Below, one piece after another: positions 29,426 to 43,634 of a stretch of 64,000 bases of DNA. The notes beneath the pieces were generated by a model that ran no database searches, had not been told where the DNA came from, and saw nothing but the letters and a program-made list of their open reading frames with translations. The stretch spans positions 1,152,001 to 1,216,000 of the forward strand of contig OZ241993.1 in NCBI GenBank assembly GCA_965204575.1. The letters run 5' to 3'. This stretch comes from an uncultured candidatus Porisulfidus sp. GTDB taxonomy: Bacteria > Pseudomonadota > Gammaproteobacteria > Poriferisulfidales > Poriferisulfidaceae. Numbering within the stretch: the first letter of the stretch is position 1; every line of letters begins with the position of its first letter. Made by a program: the position numbers and the translations under genes.

Positions 29426-30501
29426 ATCTAGAATGGGAAGAGAAGCCGCTAAATCAGTGTCTTGAGCGATTTCGTGTACCTGCAAAGATACAAAAAAGTC
29501 AATTTTCTGTCAACGGTGAATTTCCAATAATATCTCAGGAGGCCGATTTCATTAATGGATATTGGAGCAATACTCAAGATGTATGCAGAATAGATCGACC
29601 TGTCATCATATTCGGTGATCATACACAAGTTGTGAAATATGTAGATTTTGATTTCGTCGTTGGTGCAGATGGCGTGAAGGTTTTAAAACCGAAAGTTTTT
29701 CTGGAGCCTAAATTTCTCTATTATTTCTTAATAGCACATCGTATGCCATCGCTTGGGTACGCTAGGCACTATCGGCACATTAAAGAACAGATAGTGAAGT
29801 ATCCTTCAATGGATGAGCAACGGAGAATTGTCATGGTTCTAGATGAAGTTTTCGAAAATATAGCCCATGCCCGTACTTGTACTACAGTTAATCTCAAAGA
29901 CACTAAAATATTACTTGACAGCCACCTTGCTTCGGTTTTTTCTCGCGGTATTGGGAAATGGCCGGTGGTGTCCTTGCAGGAGATTGCGCAGAACCTTGAC
30001 CGTATGCGAGTACCAATCGCAAAGAAAGCTCGAATATTGGGAGATGTACCCTACTATGGTGCGTCTGGTGTTGTCGACTATGTGGAGGATTATCTCTTTG
30101 ATGAAGATTTACTGCTGGTGTCGGAAGATGGTGCGAATCTATTGACTCGGACGTATCCGATCGCTTTCTCAATTCGTGGAAAGTCTTGGGTAAACAATCA
30201 TGCGCATGTGCTTCGTTTCGAAGAGATGTATACCCAGGAATTTGTTCGCCTTTACCTTAACTCAATTTCTTTAGAGCCCTATGTCAATGGGATGGCGCAG
30301 CCGAAACTAAATCAAACTGCATTACATCGAATACCAATACCTCTTCCCGATAAAGTTGTCCGAGCCGAAGTTGTGGATAAAACGAGATCGATCTCAATCG
30401 AAATAGATCGACTCATGCAGATATATCAAGCAACACTTAACGGTCTTGATGATCTCTGCCAGTCGATCCTGAAACAAGCTTTCTTGGGCGAATTGACGTA
30501 A
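29422..30501 (+). CDS. hsdS: Type I R-M specificity subunit
   Basis: Two TRDs separated by PSMDEQRRIV..LD, and a C-terminal SILKQAF.GEL. Confidence 0.92.
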   Translation: MNLEWEEKPLNQCLERFRVPAKIQKSQFSVNGEFPIISQEADFINGYWSNTQDVCRIDRPVIIFGDHTQVVKYVDFDFVVGADGVKVLKPKVFLEPKFLYYFLIAHRMPSLGYARHYRHIKEQIVKYPSMDEQRRIVMVLDEVFENIAHARTCTTVNLKDTKILLDSHLASVFSRGIGKWPVVSLQEIAQNLDRMRVPIAKKARILGDVPYYGASGVVDYVEDYLFDEDLLLVSEDGANLLTRTYPIAFSIRGKSWVNNHAHVLRFEEMYTQEFVRLYLNSISLEPYVNGMAQPKLNQTALHRIPIPLPDKVVRAEVVDKTRSISIEIDRLMQIYQATLNGLDDLCQSILKQAFLGELT

Positions 30502-30516
30502 TTATTCCTAACCACC

Positions 30517-32835
30517 ATGACTCTGCATGATGAAACTGAGGCCGACACTCGTGCAGAGCGTATTGAGCCGGTCTTGCGTGCAGCAGGTTGGGGCACAGTT
30601 AAAGGTTCTCGGATTCGTCGCGAAGTGATCTGCCCGGGCCGGATTAAACCTGGTGGCAAACGTGGTAAAGCACTCTCTTGCGATTATGTCCTGTTTTACA
30701 GAGGACACAAGTTGGCTGTGTTAGAAGCCAAGCGAGCGGGTCTTAGTCATCGCGACGGAGTCGGACAGGCTAAAGATTATGCAACTCGCTTAGGCACCCG
30801 TTTCGCCTACGCTTCAAATGGACTCAGATGGTATGGTGTCGATATGGTCACTGGAGATGAGAGTGATATAGATTTGCCCTTTCCCGGCCCTGACAAGTTA
30901 TGGGATCAGACCTACACTGAGCCGAACTTTTGGCGTGACGCTTTTGGGGAAGTGGAGTTCGAAACCGGTGGTGGCAAGTGGGAGGCTCGCTACTACCAAC
31001 ACAAAGCCATCGTGGCAGCTCTTGAGGCTATAGCGCGAGGCGACCAGCGCATTCTGCTAACTCTTGCCACTGGTACTGGCAAAACCTCCATTGCTTTCCA
31101 GATTTCCTGGAAACTGTTTAATTCCAAGTGGAATCTTTCGGGAGAGCCTGCACGCCGTCCCCGCATCCTGTTCCTTGCGGACCGTAATATTCTTGCTGAT
31201 CAAGCTTTCAATACCTTTTCTGCTTTCCCCTCGGACGCTATTGTGCGAATTCATCCTGATACCCTGCGCCGGGAAAGCGGGATTCCCCCGAAGAATGCCA
31301 GCATTTTTTTCACCATTTACCAGACGTTTATGACTGGTGAAGGTGAACCAATATTCACGGGCTATCCACCCGACTTTTTCGATTTCATTGTAATTGACGA
31401 ATGCCATCGGGGGGGTGCCCAAGACCAAAGCACTTGGAGGAAGATCTTGGAGCACTTTGAACCTGCGGTTCAGCTTGGTCTCACGGCAACGCCCAAGCGC
31501 CGTCACAACGCTGACACATATGCCTATTTCGGTGAGCCAGTCTATACCTACGCCCTACGAGATGGCATTGAGGATGGTTTCCTTACACCTTTCAAGGTTC
31601 GCCAGATGGCGAGTACTATTGATGAATATGTATATGTTCCGGAGGATGATATTATCCAAGGCGAGGTTCAAACGGGAGATCATTTTACTGAAGAGGATTT
31701 CAACAAAAGGATCATCATTGAAGAGCGTGAACTAAGTCGTGTCCAGGAATTCATAGGCCAAACTGATCAAAGTCAGAAGACCTTGATTTTTTGTGCAACC
31801 CAGGATCATGCTGGACTGGTGCGGGATTTGATTAACCAGGTCAAGGATAGCTCTGATCCGAATTACTGTCATCGAGTTACGGCAAATGATGGTGCAGTTG
31901 GGGAGCAATACCTTCGAGATTTTCAGGACAATGAAAAAACTGTTCCCACGGTTCTCACTACATCACAGAAATTATCGACTGGAGTGGACGCACTCAATAT
32001 CCGCCACATTGTCCTGATGCGCCCAATTCGCTCGATAATCGAGTTCAAGCAGATCATCGGACGGGGAACTCGAACCTACGAAGGTAAAGATTTCTTCACG
32101 ATCTGGGATTTCGTGAAAGCGCACGAAAATTTTAACGATCCAGAATGGGATGGAGAGCCCGAAGATCCAATACCTCCCGAACTAAAATCGGATTATTCTT
32201 CAAGTTTCTCAACCGGTGAAGATAGAGAAAACACAGGATTAAGTGAGAGTCCGGCGGAGAAGATTGTGGTTAGACTCGCGGATGGTAAAGAGCGAGCAAT
32301 TCGGTACATTGCTGCGACCACCTACTGGAGTGCAGACGGAAAACCCATCTCTGCTGCCCAGTTTCTGGAGCGCCTTTTCGGTGATCTGGCAAATATGATT
32401 ATTAATGAAGATCAACTTCGCGCAGCTTGGGCAAACCCTGACAATCGCCAGACTCTTCTTCAACAACTAGACGACCGGGGGTACGACCAAGGCCGACTAG
32501 ATGACATTCGGCAACTAGTCGATGCCGCAGATAGTGACTTGTTCGATGTGTTGAGCTACATTTTATTCGCTAACCCGCCAAAGACTCGCCTGGAACGAGC
32601 AGATGGTGTAAGGCAAGGTGGTTTAACAGGGGTCGACGGTGAGTTACGAAAACTCCTACTCGGGATCCTTCAGGCCTATGAAACTCACGGCGAGGGCGAA
32701 TTGGCAGCCACAAAACTTGCCTCTTTCTTAATTGGGCGCTATGGCAGCGTAAGCGAGAGCCGTGAGCAGATCGGAGAACTTTCGACAATTCAAAATGCAT
32801 TCAGGAGAATGCAGGTAGATCTCTACGCAAATTAA
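30517..32835 (+). CDS. hsdR: Type I R-M restriction subunit (EcoAI/EcoEI-like)
   Basis: EADTR, D..L...VLEAK, LATGTGKT, DECHRG, GLTATP and QIIGRGTR. Confidence 0.95.
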   Translation: MTLHDETEADTRAERIEPVLRAAGWGTVKGSRIRREVICPGRIKPGGKRGKALSCDYVLFYRGHKLAVLEAKRAGLSHRDGVGQAKDYATRLGTRFAYASNGLRWYGVDMVTGDESDIDLPFPGPDKLWDQTYTEPNFWRDAFGEVEFETGGGKWEARYYQHKAIVAALEAIARGDQRILLTLATGTGKTSIAFQISWKLFNSKWNLSGEPARRPRILFLADRNILADQAFNTFSAFPSDAIVRIHPDTLRRESGIPPKNASIFFTIYQTFMTGEGEPIFTGYPPDFFDFIVIDECHRGGAQDQSTWRKILEHFEPAVQLGLTATPKRRHNADTYAYFGEPVYTYALRDGIEDGFLTPFKVRQMASTIDEYVYVPEDDIIQGEVQTGDHFTEEDFNKRIIIEERELSRVQEFIGQTDQSQKTLIFCATQDHAGLVRDLINQVKDSSDPNYCHRVTANDGAVGEQYLRDFQDNEKTVPTVLTTSQKLSTGVDALNIRHIVLMRPIRSIIEFKQIIGRGTRTYEGKDFFTIWDFVKAHENFNDPEWDGEPEDPIPPELKSDYSSSFSTGEDRENTGLSESPAEKIVVRLADGKERAIRYIAATTYWSADGKPISAAQFLERLFGDLANMIINEDQLRAAWANPDNRQTLLQQLDDRGYDQGRLDDIRQLVDAADSDLFDVLSYILFANPPKTRLERADGVRQGGLTGVDGELRKLLLGILQAYETHGEGELAATKLASFLIGRYGSVSESREQIGELSTIQNAFRRMQVDLYAN

Positions 32836-32969
32836 GAGATCCAATCCCAATGTCGGTGTTTCCTCCTTTATCCTGACAAATGTGGTGAAAGAAAATCGAG
32901 TTTGGCAAACTATCAAAGACTTTTTACAGGTAATCACAGGGGAATGGAAAGGGATGTGGGGTTCATTAT

Positions 32970-34013
32970 GTGGACGTGACTCGGGAACTCGAAGATTTGA
33001 ATTATGAAATAATTCTTGAAATGCGTATTCCAAAAATTGAGTTACGGACATTACCTCAAAATCGCCCAACTTCCGAAGCCACGGCGTCGTGTGGCCATAA
33101 CAAACATGATTACGACCCTGGCATATGGGGAATTGAATATGCGTCGTTTCGCTACTTAAGCGGAATCACTGATAATAATCTCTGGGACCGATATCGAGCC
33201 ATAATCCGCAATATGCGTTCGTACACAGAGTCTGAGCGTGATGTCATACCAATCATAAGCTACCAAAGTTCTTGGTATTGGTTTCGAAAGGAATACCAAA
33301 CACGGCTTGAGTTTGCCTTTAGAGGAATTAAACTGCCTGCGCTTAGACATGTATCCAGTAACACAAGTAAGCATGGGCCCCTTCACCCCACCCCCCCGAA
33401 TGGAACAGAGATCATTTTCCGTTATGGTTCGCGGCAATATATGCAGAAAATGGTGAAAGAGGGGATTATGCGTTTTTCGCCCGCTCATGCATACAGAAGT
33501 ATAGGAAACGATGAGGCGCGCTGCGATGATGAGTTACAAAAACACTCCTATCTTCCAAGTCGATACACGACAGTAACGCATGAAAGTGGTCAACGTATAA
33601 AAGTAATTGGAGACATCCGAAAAACCGTGCAAGGTTCAGAATATTATTTAATCTGTTTTTCCTGTGTTTGGGACTCGGAACTATTCAGGGAATTTAACGC
33701 AGATATATGTGTTGCCATAACTGATCCATCCGAATTGGCAAAACGCCTAAAGTCAGCAAGTAGAGATACATTTCCTCAGTGGTATTTTCATGATGGCCCA
33801 GTCCAATATTTTGATCCATACGAGCGCGCGGGTAATGAACATTTGAGCACGGCGATATCCAAAGACTTCCGATTTGCTTACCAGAATGAATACCGCATCC
33901 TATGGACTCAGTTGGGGGCGAGTCCTGTTGATGGATTTAAGACTGTTAATATAGGACCTGCGCAGGACATTATGACGATGTACGAGGCAAATGGAGAAAA
34001 GATTTGTTTTTAA
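32970..34013 (+). CDS. Hypothetical protein, possible ART/DUF2971-like fold
   Basis: Spacing of IFRYG ... CFSC ... KDFRFAYQNEYR. Confidence 0.65.
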   Translation: MDVTRELEDLNYEIILEMRIPKIELRTLPQNRPTSEATASCGHNKHDYDPGIWGIEYASFRYLSGITDNNLWDRYRAIIRNMRSYTESERDVIPIISYQSSWYWFRKEYQTRLEFAFRGIKLPALRHVSSNTSKHGPLHPTPPNGTEIIFRYGSRQYMQKMVKEGIMRFSPAHAYRSIGNDEARCDDELQKHSYLPSRYTTVTHESGQRIKVIGDIRKTVQGSEYYLICFSCVWDSELFREFNADICVAITDPSELAKRLKSASRDTFPQWYFHDGPVQYFDPYERAGNEHLSTAISKDFRFAYQNEYRILWTQLGASPVDGFKTVNIGPAQDIMTMYEANGEKICF

Positions 34014-34124
34014 AAAGTAGAAACAATGGAAGAGAAACAAGTCAAGGCAATCAATGCAGGTAACCCAATAAAACGGTGGGAGGTGCGGAATCAATAGAGC
34101 AGGTAGCAGGAATACCGGAGAAAG

Positions 34125-35198
34125 ATGCCGCTTAATTTCAGGACTATGATGACATATGCATTTGTACACAGGATATATCGTCATGTTAATGACGAGATTT
34201 CTCTCCGTGATGTTTGGGCGATTAGAAACGAGGAGCTCAATGCTACTGCTGAAATCATCGAGAAGCATCTGCACGACGAGAAAGAACTTTCCAGACTGCA
34301 CCATGATGTTGCTTGGTTGTCGCAGGCCTTGATCGAGTTTGCCAGCATTTTGGACTTTCCTTCTCCCCAAGAGAGGTTGTGGTGGCGCAAGAATTATCTA
34401 TATTTCGAGGCTGTGAACGCACTTCGTGAAGCAGTTGTTGGGATGCTCAATGGCGTATTCAGATCATCGATAGGAACGTTACGCTCTGCTCTGCAGATGT
34501 TTCTGTTGCACTGTTGGTGGCAAGAACGGATGATGCGCGGCAAAAAAACCAAACATTTCTGTGAATGGCTTGAAGGCAAAAGAGATGCACCACCCTTTAA
34601 GAACATGTTGAGAGACAACCTGAGTTTCTTTGATATGCCATCCAATGATGCTGAAGTCGAAAAGGCCTATAAAATTTTTGAGCAACTCTGTCCTCACGTA
34701 CATGCACCATTGATAGAGGAGTCACTGACTACTCTTCGCCAAGGGAATGTACGGTCTGTAACGACCCCCGCTTTACTCTACTGGCTAACACTAGCCCGCG
34801 ACACTCTCCGGATGGCTTTGGATCACTTTGTTCATCACAGACCACAGAGTTTATTCCCAGTAGATATACCTAGAAAATTTGGCTTCAACCCACCTGTCGG
34901 AATGTATGCTGACAAGTTTAGTTTTGTTGCCCTGAATGCTGCACTTGGTGATGAGCGAATTAGGGAATGTCGCGAGAAATTGAGGGACCACGATATAGTT
35001 CAAAGTGTGACTGACTTCTATGAGATGCGGCCGGACTATACTGCAGAACAAATATCAGCAACTTGGGATGATGACTGCAGGCGGGAATTCGGTGATGATA
35101 TACCGGGCAACTTGGATGCCTGTTGGTTTTTGGTTAAGAACAAATTGCGCGTCACATCCATGGTTATGGCATATACCTCGGACGTATCAAGCAAATAA
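34125..35198 (+). CDS. Hypothetical protein, possible HEPN/DUF5677-like fold
   Basis: NGVFRSSIGTLRSALQ ... FEQLCPHVH pattern. Confidence 0.65.
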   Translation: MPLNFRTMMTYAFVHRIYRHVNDEISLRDVWAIRNEELNATAEIIEKHLHDEKELSRLHHDVAWLSQALIEFASILDFPSPQERLWWRKNYLYFEAVNALREAVVGMLNGVFRSSIGTLRSALQMFLLHCWWQERMMRGKKTKHFCEWLEGKRDAPPFKNMLRDNLSFFDMPSNDAEVEKAYKIFEQLCPHVHAPLIEESLTTLRQGNVRSVTTPALLYWLTLARDTLRMALDHFVHHRPQSLFPVDIPRKFGFNPPVGMYADKFSFVALNAALGDERIRECREKLRDHDIVQSVTDFYEMRPDYTAEQISATWDDDCRREFGDDIPGNLDACWFLVKNKLRVTSMVMAYTSDVSSK

Positions 35199-35371
35199 AC
35201 TGGACATAGTGTTAGCTTTGTGAATGGTTTCTCTGGACCTGTGTGACTTGTAAGTTTCTTTGCTATCTACCTACCAATATCCACAGAGTACTAAATATTT
35301 CCAAACCCCACCTATGCTAAACTTGTCCGCCGCTCCGCAGGGTTCGGAGCAAGATTTTTGACAATTCGGTT

Positions 35372-35415
35372 ATCAGATACAAAGCTTGTGTGGACGTTCG
35401 CCGGGTCGCGTGTTC
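35372..35415 (+). other. 16S leader arm of the RNase III processing stem
   Basis: aaagcttgtgtggacgt..cgccggg is complementary to cccggcggacgtccacacaagcttt near 37078-37102. Confidence 0.75.
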
Positions 35416-35524
35416 AACGTAAAACCTGGCAGAACGCCACGCCTTAGAAAATTTTGTGATTTTCAACGGGCAGGGCGAACTCTGCAAACCTGACAACCAC
35501 GGATCTCCAAATCCGTGTACGTCT

Positions 35525-37061
<1,537 letters not shown>

Positions 37062-37161
37062 AAGAGCAAGAACACAACCCGGCGGACGTCCACACAAGCT
37101 TTGATCTGACAACCAGACGGAACTGGCAGGGTGCGCCGGCTGGCCGCGGCCCCCGGAACAC

Positions 37162-37239
<78 letters not shown>

Positions 37240-37249
37240 ACCGGGCCTC

Positions 37250-37325
37250 GGGGCCATAGCTCAGTTGGGAGAGCGCCTGCTTTGCACGCAGGAGGTCGGG
37301 AGTTCGAGCCTCCCTGGCTCCACCA
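37250..37325 (+). tRNA. tRNA-Ala(TGC)
   Basis: GGGGCCATAGCTCAG...TTTGCAC...GTTCGA...CTCCACCA. Confidence 0.97.
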
Positions 37326-37531
37326 CCCGCCGCCGTCGAAAAAGATTTCGCGCGCCGTCGCTGAAGGCGGCGTGGCTGTTTCAAAATTTGGATGATTCAC
37401 ATGCGAATCCGGTCCCTTCGGGGATCGGGATTCAATTGGATCTTCGGTCCTTTCGAGGATTGACGATCCAACGTTTAATCAAGTCGATCGTTATGAAAAA
37501 ATATGCGGTTCCGGATCGTCTGGAGTCGCAT

Positions 37532-40409
<2,878 letters not shown>

Positions 40410-40462
40410 GCTACTTCAGACCTTCCGCTTGATTGAGCGCTGTGAATCATCCGATCTTTTTT

Positions 40463-40580
40463 CGCCTGGTGACGATAGAGAACTGGAACCACCCGATCCA
40501 TTCCGAACTCGGCCGTGAAACGGTTCATCGCCGATGATAGTGTGGGGTCTCCCCACGTGAAAGTAGGACATCGCCAGGCA
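40463..40580 (+). rRNA. rrf: 5S rRNA
   Basis: GCCTGGTGAC...CCGATCCATTCCGAACTCGG...GTAGG..CGCCAGGC. Confidence 0.97.
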
Positions 40581-40590
40581 CCTCACCGTC

Positions 40591-40620
40591 CGGCCCCGCC
40601 TCGTGCGGGGCCGTTTTTTT
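40591..40620 (+). terminator. Intrinsic terminator of the rRNA operon
   Basis: CGGCCCCGC-ctcgt-GCGGGGCCG followed by TTTTTTT. Confidence 0.9.
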
Positions 40621-40842
40621 AAGACAACCTGTCGCTGGGCAACGCATCGGTCCAGTGTAGTAAGATGAAACCTTACGGGATGCGGGGATAGGCTCATATT
40701 TCCCGCTGATTCTTTCACGGAAAAATTACGCTGGATAGACAGTTTGTGTGGTTTCCTTTCCCTGGCTGAGGGGAAGAGATCACGCCCAATAAAAGCCACA
40801 GCGCTTTGGGATGCTTGAAGTCTGGCGTATGGAGGCGACATC

Positions 40843-41736
40843 ATGGATGGATCTTGGAAGGAAGTTGCGCGGCTTCACTTCAAGGGCAAGCGCTATGATG
40901 ATCACTTGCTTGATGCGGTTGCGCTGCAGGAGTATATACAGTTCCAGAAGGTTGTAACAGAGACGGCAAAGGCCATCTGGAAAAAGAGACACCCTAGGCG
41001 TAAAAATTTGCCGAATAATTTTGAAGATCGCACGCGTCTGTGCTTGCGCGCAATCGAACAAGGGTGTGTAATCGTTCCTTTGGAAGTATGGGAGCAGCGT
41101 GCGAACTCTTCATTCTTCGATGAGGAGCCGGATGAAGTTTTGGCGGCAATTGATCTCGCCTACGGGGTTTTTAATGCTGCTGATCGTGGTGAAATCCTGC
41201 CGGAAGGTACTCCGAAAGACCTCCTTCTTGATCTGTCGAAATTGGGAGAGAAGTTGCCGGACGATGCGGAATTCGGATTTTCTCCTAGCGGTAAACCGAC
41301 GGTGGCCATTACGAATCAATCTCGTAAAAAGCTACTCAAATTTGTCGATGAGCCTTATGAAGACTCTGTTGAGATTATTGGTTGTGTTTTTGAGGCGGAT
41401 GTTTATAGAAGGCAATGCCACGTTTCATTGGATGACGGAACGAAGGTTCTTGCCGAGTTTACTGAAGAACAGGAATCTGACATAACATCAGCCCTGAAGG
41501 ATCACGACTCAGTCCGTCTGCAACTTGAGGGACGTGGTCAGTTTTCCCAAAGAGGGAAGCTCGAAAAAGTAATGTCCATAACGAAGGTTTTAGCCATACC
41601 GGGTGGAGAATCCTTGTTTAATCCAGATGCAGAACCGATAGAAGAAGCATTGGCCCGTATCGCAGAACAAATTCCAGAAAGTGATTGGGACAATGTTCCT
41701 CCCGACCTGTCTGTCAGGCATGACGACTATCTGTAA
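40843..41736 (+). CDS. Hypothetical protein with antitoxin-like C-terminal tail
   Basis: Ends PIEEALARIAEQIPESDWDNVPPDLSVRHDDYL and lies directly upstream of a PIN gene. Confidence 0.75.
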   Translation: MDGSWKEVARLHFKGKRYDDHLLDAVALQEYIQFQKVVTETAKAIWKKRHPRRKNLPNNFEDRTRLCLRAIEQGCVIVPLEVWEQRANSSFFDEEPDEVLAAIDLAYGVFNAADRGEILPEGTPKDLLLDLSKLGEKLPDDAEFGFSPSGKPTVAITNQSRKKLLKFVDEPYEDSVEIIGCVFEADVYRRQCHVSLDDGTKVLAEFTEEQESDITSALKDHDSVRLQLEGRGQFSQRGKLEKVMSITKVLAIPGGESLFNPDAEPIEEALARIAEQIPESDWDNVPPDLSVRHDDYL

Positions 41737-41814
41737 GTGGCGAGGTGATATTAGTAACATCGCCGTTTCTATGAATGTATTGGCAAGATTAATTTCACAC
41801 GGGGAGGTTGTCCA

Positions 41815-42264
41815 GTGGAGAAGGTTTTTGCCGATACGGTTTATTGGATCGCGACCATAAATCCGAATGACCAATGGGCCAATGCAGCAAGAGCAGCCAA
41901 AAGCCAACTAGGGCAACAGACCCTATTGGTTACAACGGATGAAGTGCTTGCTGAGGTTCTTACAGCTTTTTCAAAGACAGGAAGAAGGCAATCGGGTTGC
42001 GAAGAACAAGGCACGCGATTGCGCGAAGCGGTGGTAGAGGCAGTTGAGAAGATTCGAGCGAATCCGAACGTTGAGGTAATACCGCAATCTCGCGATTCTT
42101 TCGACAGGGGGCTAGAGTTGTATAAAGCTAGGGCCGATAAGGACTATAGTTTGACGGATTGCGTTTCTATGAATGTGGTGAGAGACCGTTCTATCCAGAA
42201 GATTCTAAGCGCGGACCACCATTTCGAACAAGAAGGATTCATTATTCTTATGAAAGAGGATTAG
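41815..42264 (+). CDS. vapC: VapC/PIN-domain toxin
   Basis: VFADTVYWIA, TTDEVLAE, DKDYSLTDCVSM and DHHFEQEGF. Confidence 0.9.
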   Translation: MEKVFADTVYWIATINPNDQWANAARAAKSQLGQQTLLVTTDEVLAEVLTAFSKTGRRQSGCEEQGTRLREAVVEAVEKIRANPNVEVIPQSRDSFDRGLELYKARADKDYSLTDCVSMNVVRDRSIQKILSADHHFEQEGFIILMKED

Positions 42265-42275
42265 GGAGACATACG

Positions 42276-42461
42276 ATGGGTGAAAAATCGTATTCTAAAG
42301 ACAAGGTAGACCGCAATGCGGTTGCGGATAAGATCAATGAAATCTTTGCGCGCATCAAACCTTCGCCCGAGGATGCTGACCGTTCCGAAGAGGAAATCAT
42401 GGAAGAGGTCATCAAAGACATTGCTGAAGCACGAAAAGAACGCCGTGATTGCGGGACATGA
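42276..42461 (+). CDS. Small putative antitoxin
   Basis: AGGGAG RBS, SEEEIMEEVIKDIAEAR, and an ATGA overlap with a PIN fragment. Confidence 0.55.
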   Translation: MGEKSYSKDKVDRNAVADKINEIFARIKPSPEDADRSEEEIMEEVIKDIAEARKERRDCGT

Positions 42462-42550
42462 GGGTCGTCTTTGACGGTAATGTGCTCGTTTCAAGTGCAA
42501 GTACAATGACGGGAGTTCCCAATGCCTGGGGGGGAGAGGCATCGCTCTGA
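42458..42550 (+). pseudogene. Truncated PIN toxin
   Basis: MRVVFDGNVLVSSA (cf. MRVVLDTNVLVSA) stops after 30 codons. Confidence 0.6.
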
Positions 42551-42833
42551 TGGATAAGATTCACGCTTTCGGTCGTGGTTTGTTGGATGGCTTCACGTCG
42601 TTTCGGTTTCTTTTTGGAAAAGATACTATCTATTCTTCTGAGCTCTTGGATTATGAAAGAGATCTTGAGTGCCTTGGGCGAGACATGCAACAGGCATTTA
42701 CCAATGTTTCGGCCACTAAACAACAAATCTCTTGTAAATAAGACCGGGAACTGTCCCCATTTGGAGTCTTTATCAAAAGCATCAAATCTCAGAATGGCCC
42801 CGATATCTGAAAATTTGGTAACGATATTCTGGG

Positions 42834-43634
42834 GTGGCCTTTAAACGGTCAAGTTTTTTGACTGAACCTTTTTCTCCCTTGCCGCTGGATGCCGAAAGGA
42901 TCGCCGAGGCTCTGCCCGAGGCGGTTCGCGCCCGGTGCGGTGAGATCGAGGTGGTCGATGAAGTCGCCTCCACCAACGACATCCTGTATGGTACCGATGC
43001 CCGCGACTGGGTGCAGGTTGCGCGGCGCCAGACCGGAGGCCGTGGTCGCCAAGGCCGGAACTGGGAGATGGCCGACGGAGCCTTGTGCTTCTCGGTGCTG
43101 CACGCCTTCCCGGCACAAGCGCCGCCGGCTCTGGCATTGTGGGCTGGCATCGCCCTAATTGAGCACCTGCGCAAGATGGAGCTCGGGCAGCCCTATCTGA
43201 ACTGGCCCAACGACCTGATGTACGACTCCGCGAAATTCGGTGGAATCCTCACCGAATGCCGCGCCCGCGACAGGCAGACCCGTTGCGTGGTCGGCGTTGG
43301 CATCAATGTGGAAGACGTACCGGAACTGGACCGCCCGACCACCTCGGTCGCCCGCGCCTGTGGGCAGTCTCCCGACCCGAACCGCTTGGTCGCCGGGCTG
43401 ATCGAATCGGTGGCCACCTGCCTCGTCCGATTGGATGATGGCGCTCCGGGCGAGCTTAAGGCATACTTTGAGCCGTACGATGGTCTCAAAGATTGCGAGG
43501 TGCAAGTGACCAGAGAAAATCAAGCATACACGGGTCGCGCGCTGGGCGTCGACGACAGCGGGTGCCTGCTGGTCGAAGGGGAAGAGGGCGTGCGGCGGTT
43601 CGACAGTGCCGACGTGCGTCTACGTCGCTCATGA
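42834..43634 (+). CDS. birA: Biotin-protein ligase without HTH
   Basis: STND, QTGGRGRQGRNW, WPNDL, KFGGIL and GVGIN. Confidence 0.93.
   Translation: MAFKRSSFLTEPFSPLPLDAERIAEALPEAVRARCGEIEVVDEVASTNDILYGTDARDWVQVARRQTGGRGRQGRNWEMADGALCFSVLHAFPAQAPPALALWAGIALIEHLRKMELGQPYLNWPNDLMYDSAKFGGILTECRARDRQTRCVVGVGINVEDVPELDRPTTSVARACGQSPDPNRLVAGLIESVATCLVRLDDGAPGELKAYFEPYDGLKDCEVQVTRENQAYTGRALGVDDSGCLLVEGEEGVRRFDSADVRLRRS

Larger units (their letters stand above)
18700..35300. mobile_element. AT-richer genomic (defence) island; no integrase seen
   Basis: Abrupt compositional shift after 18670 that lasts until the rRNA leader. Contains R-M, HNH and hypothetical genes. Boundaries are approximate. Confidence 0.7.

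Noticed and set aside
42550-42741. 63-aa ORF before birA
   Set aside because: No recognisable motif or clear RBS. It may be a remnant but cannot be supported.
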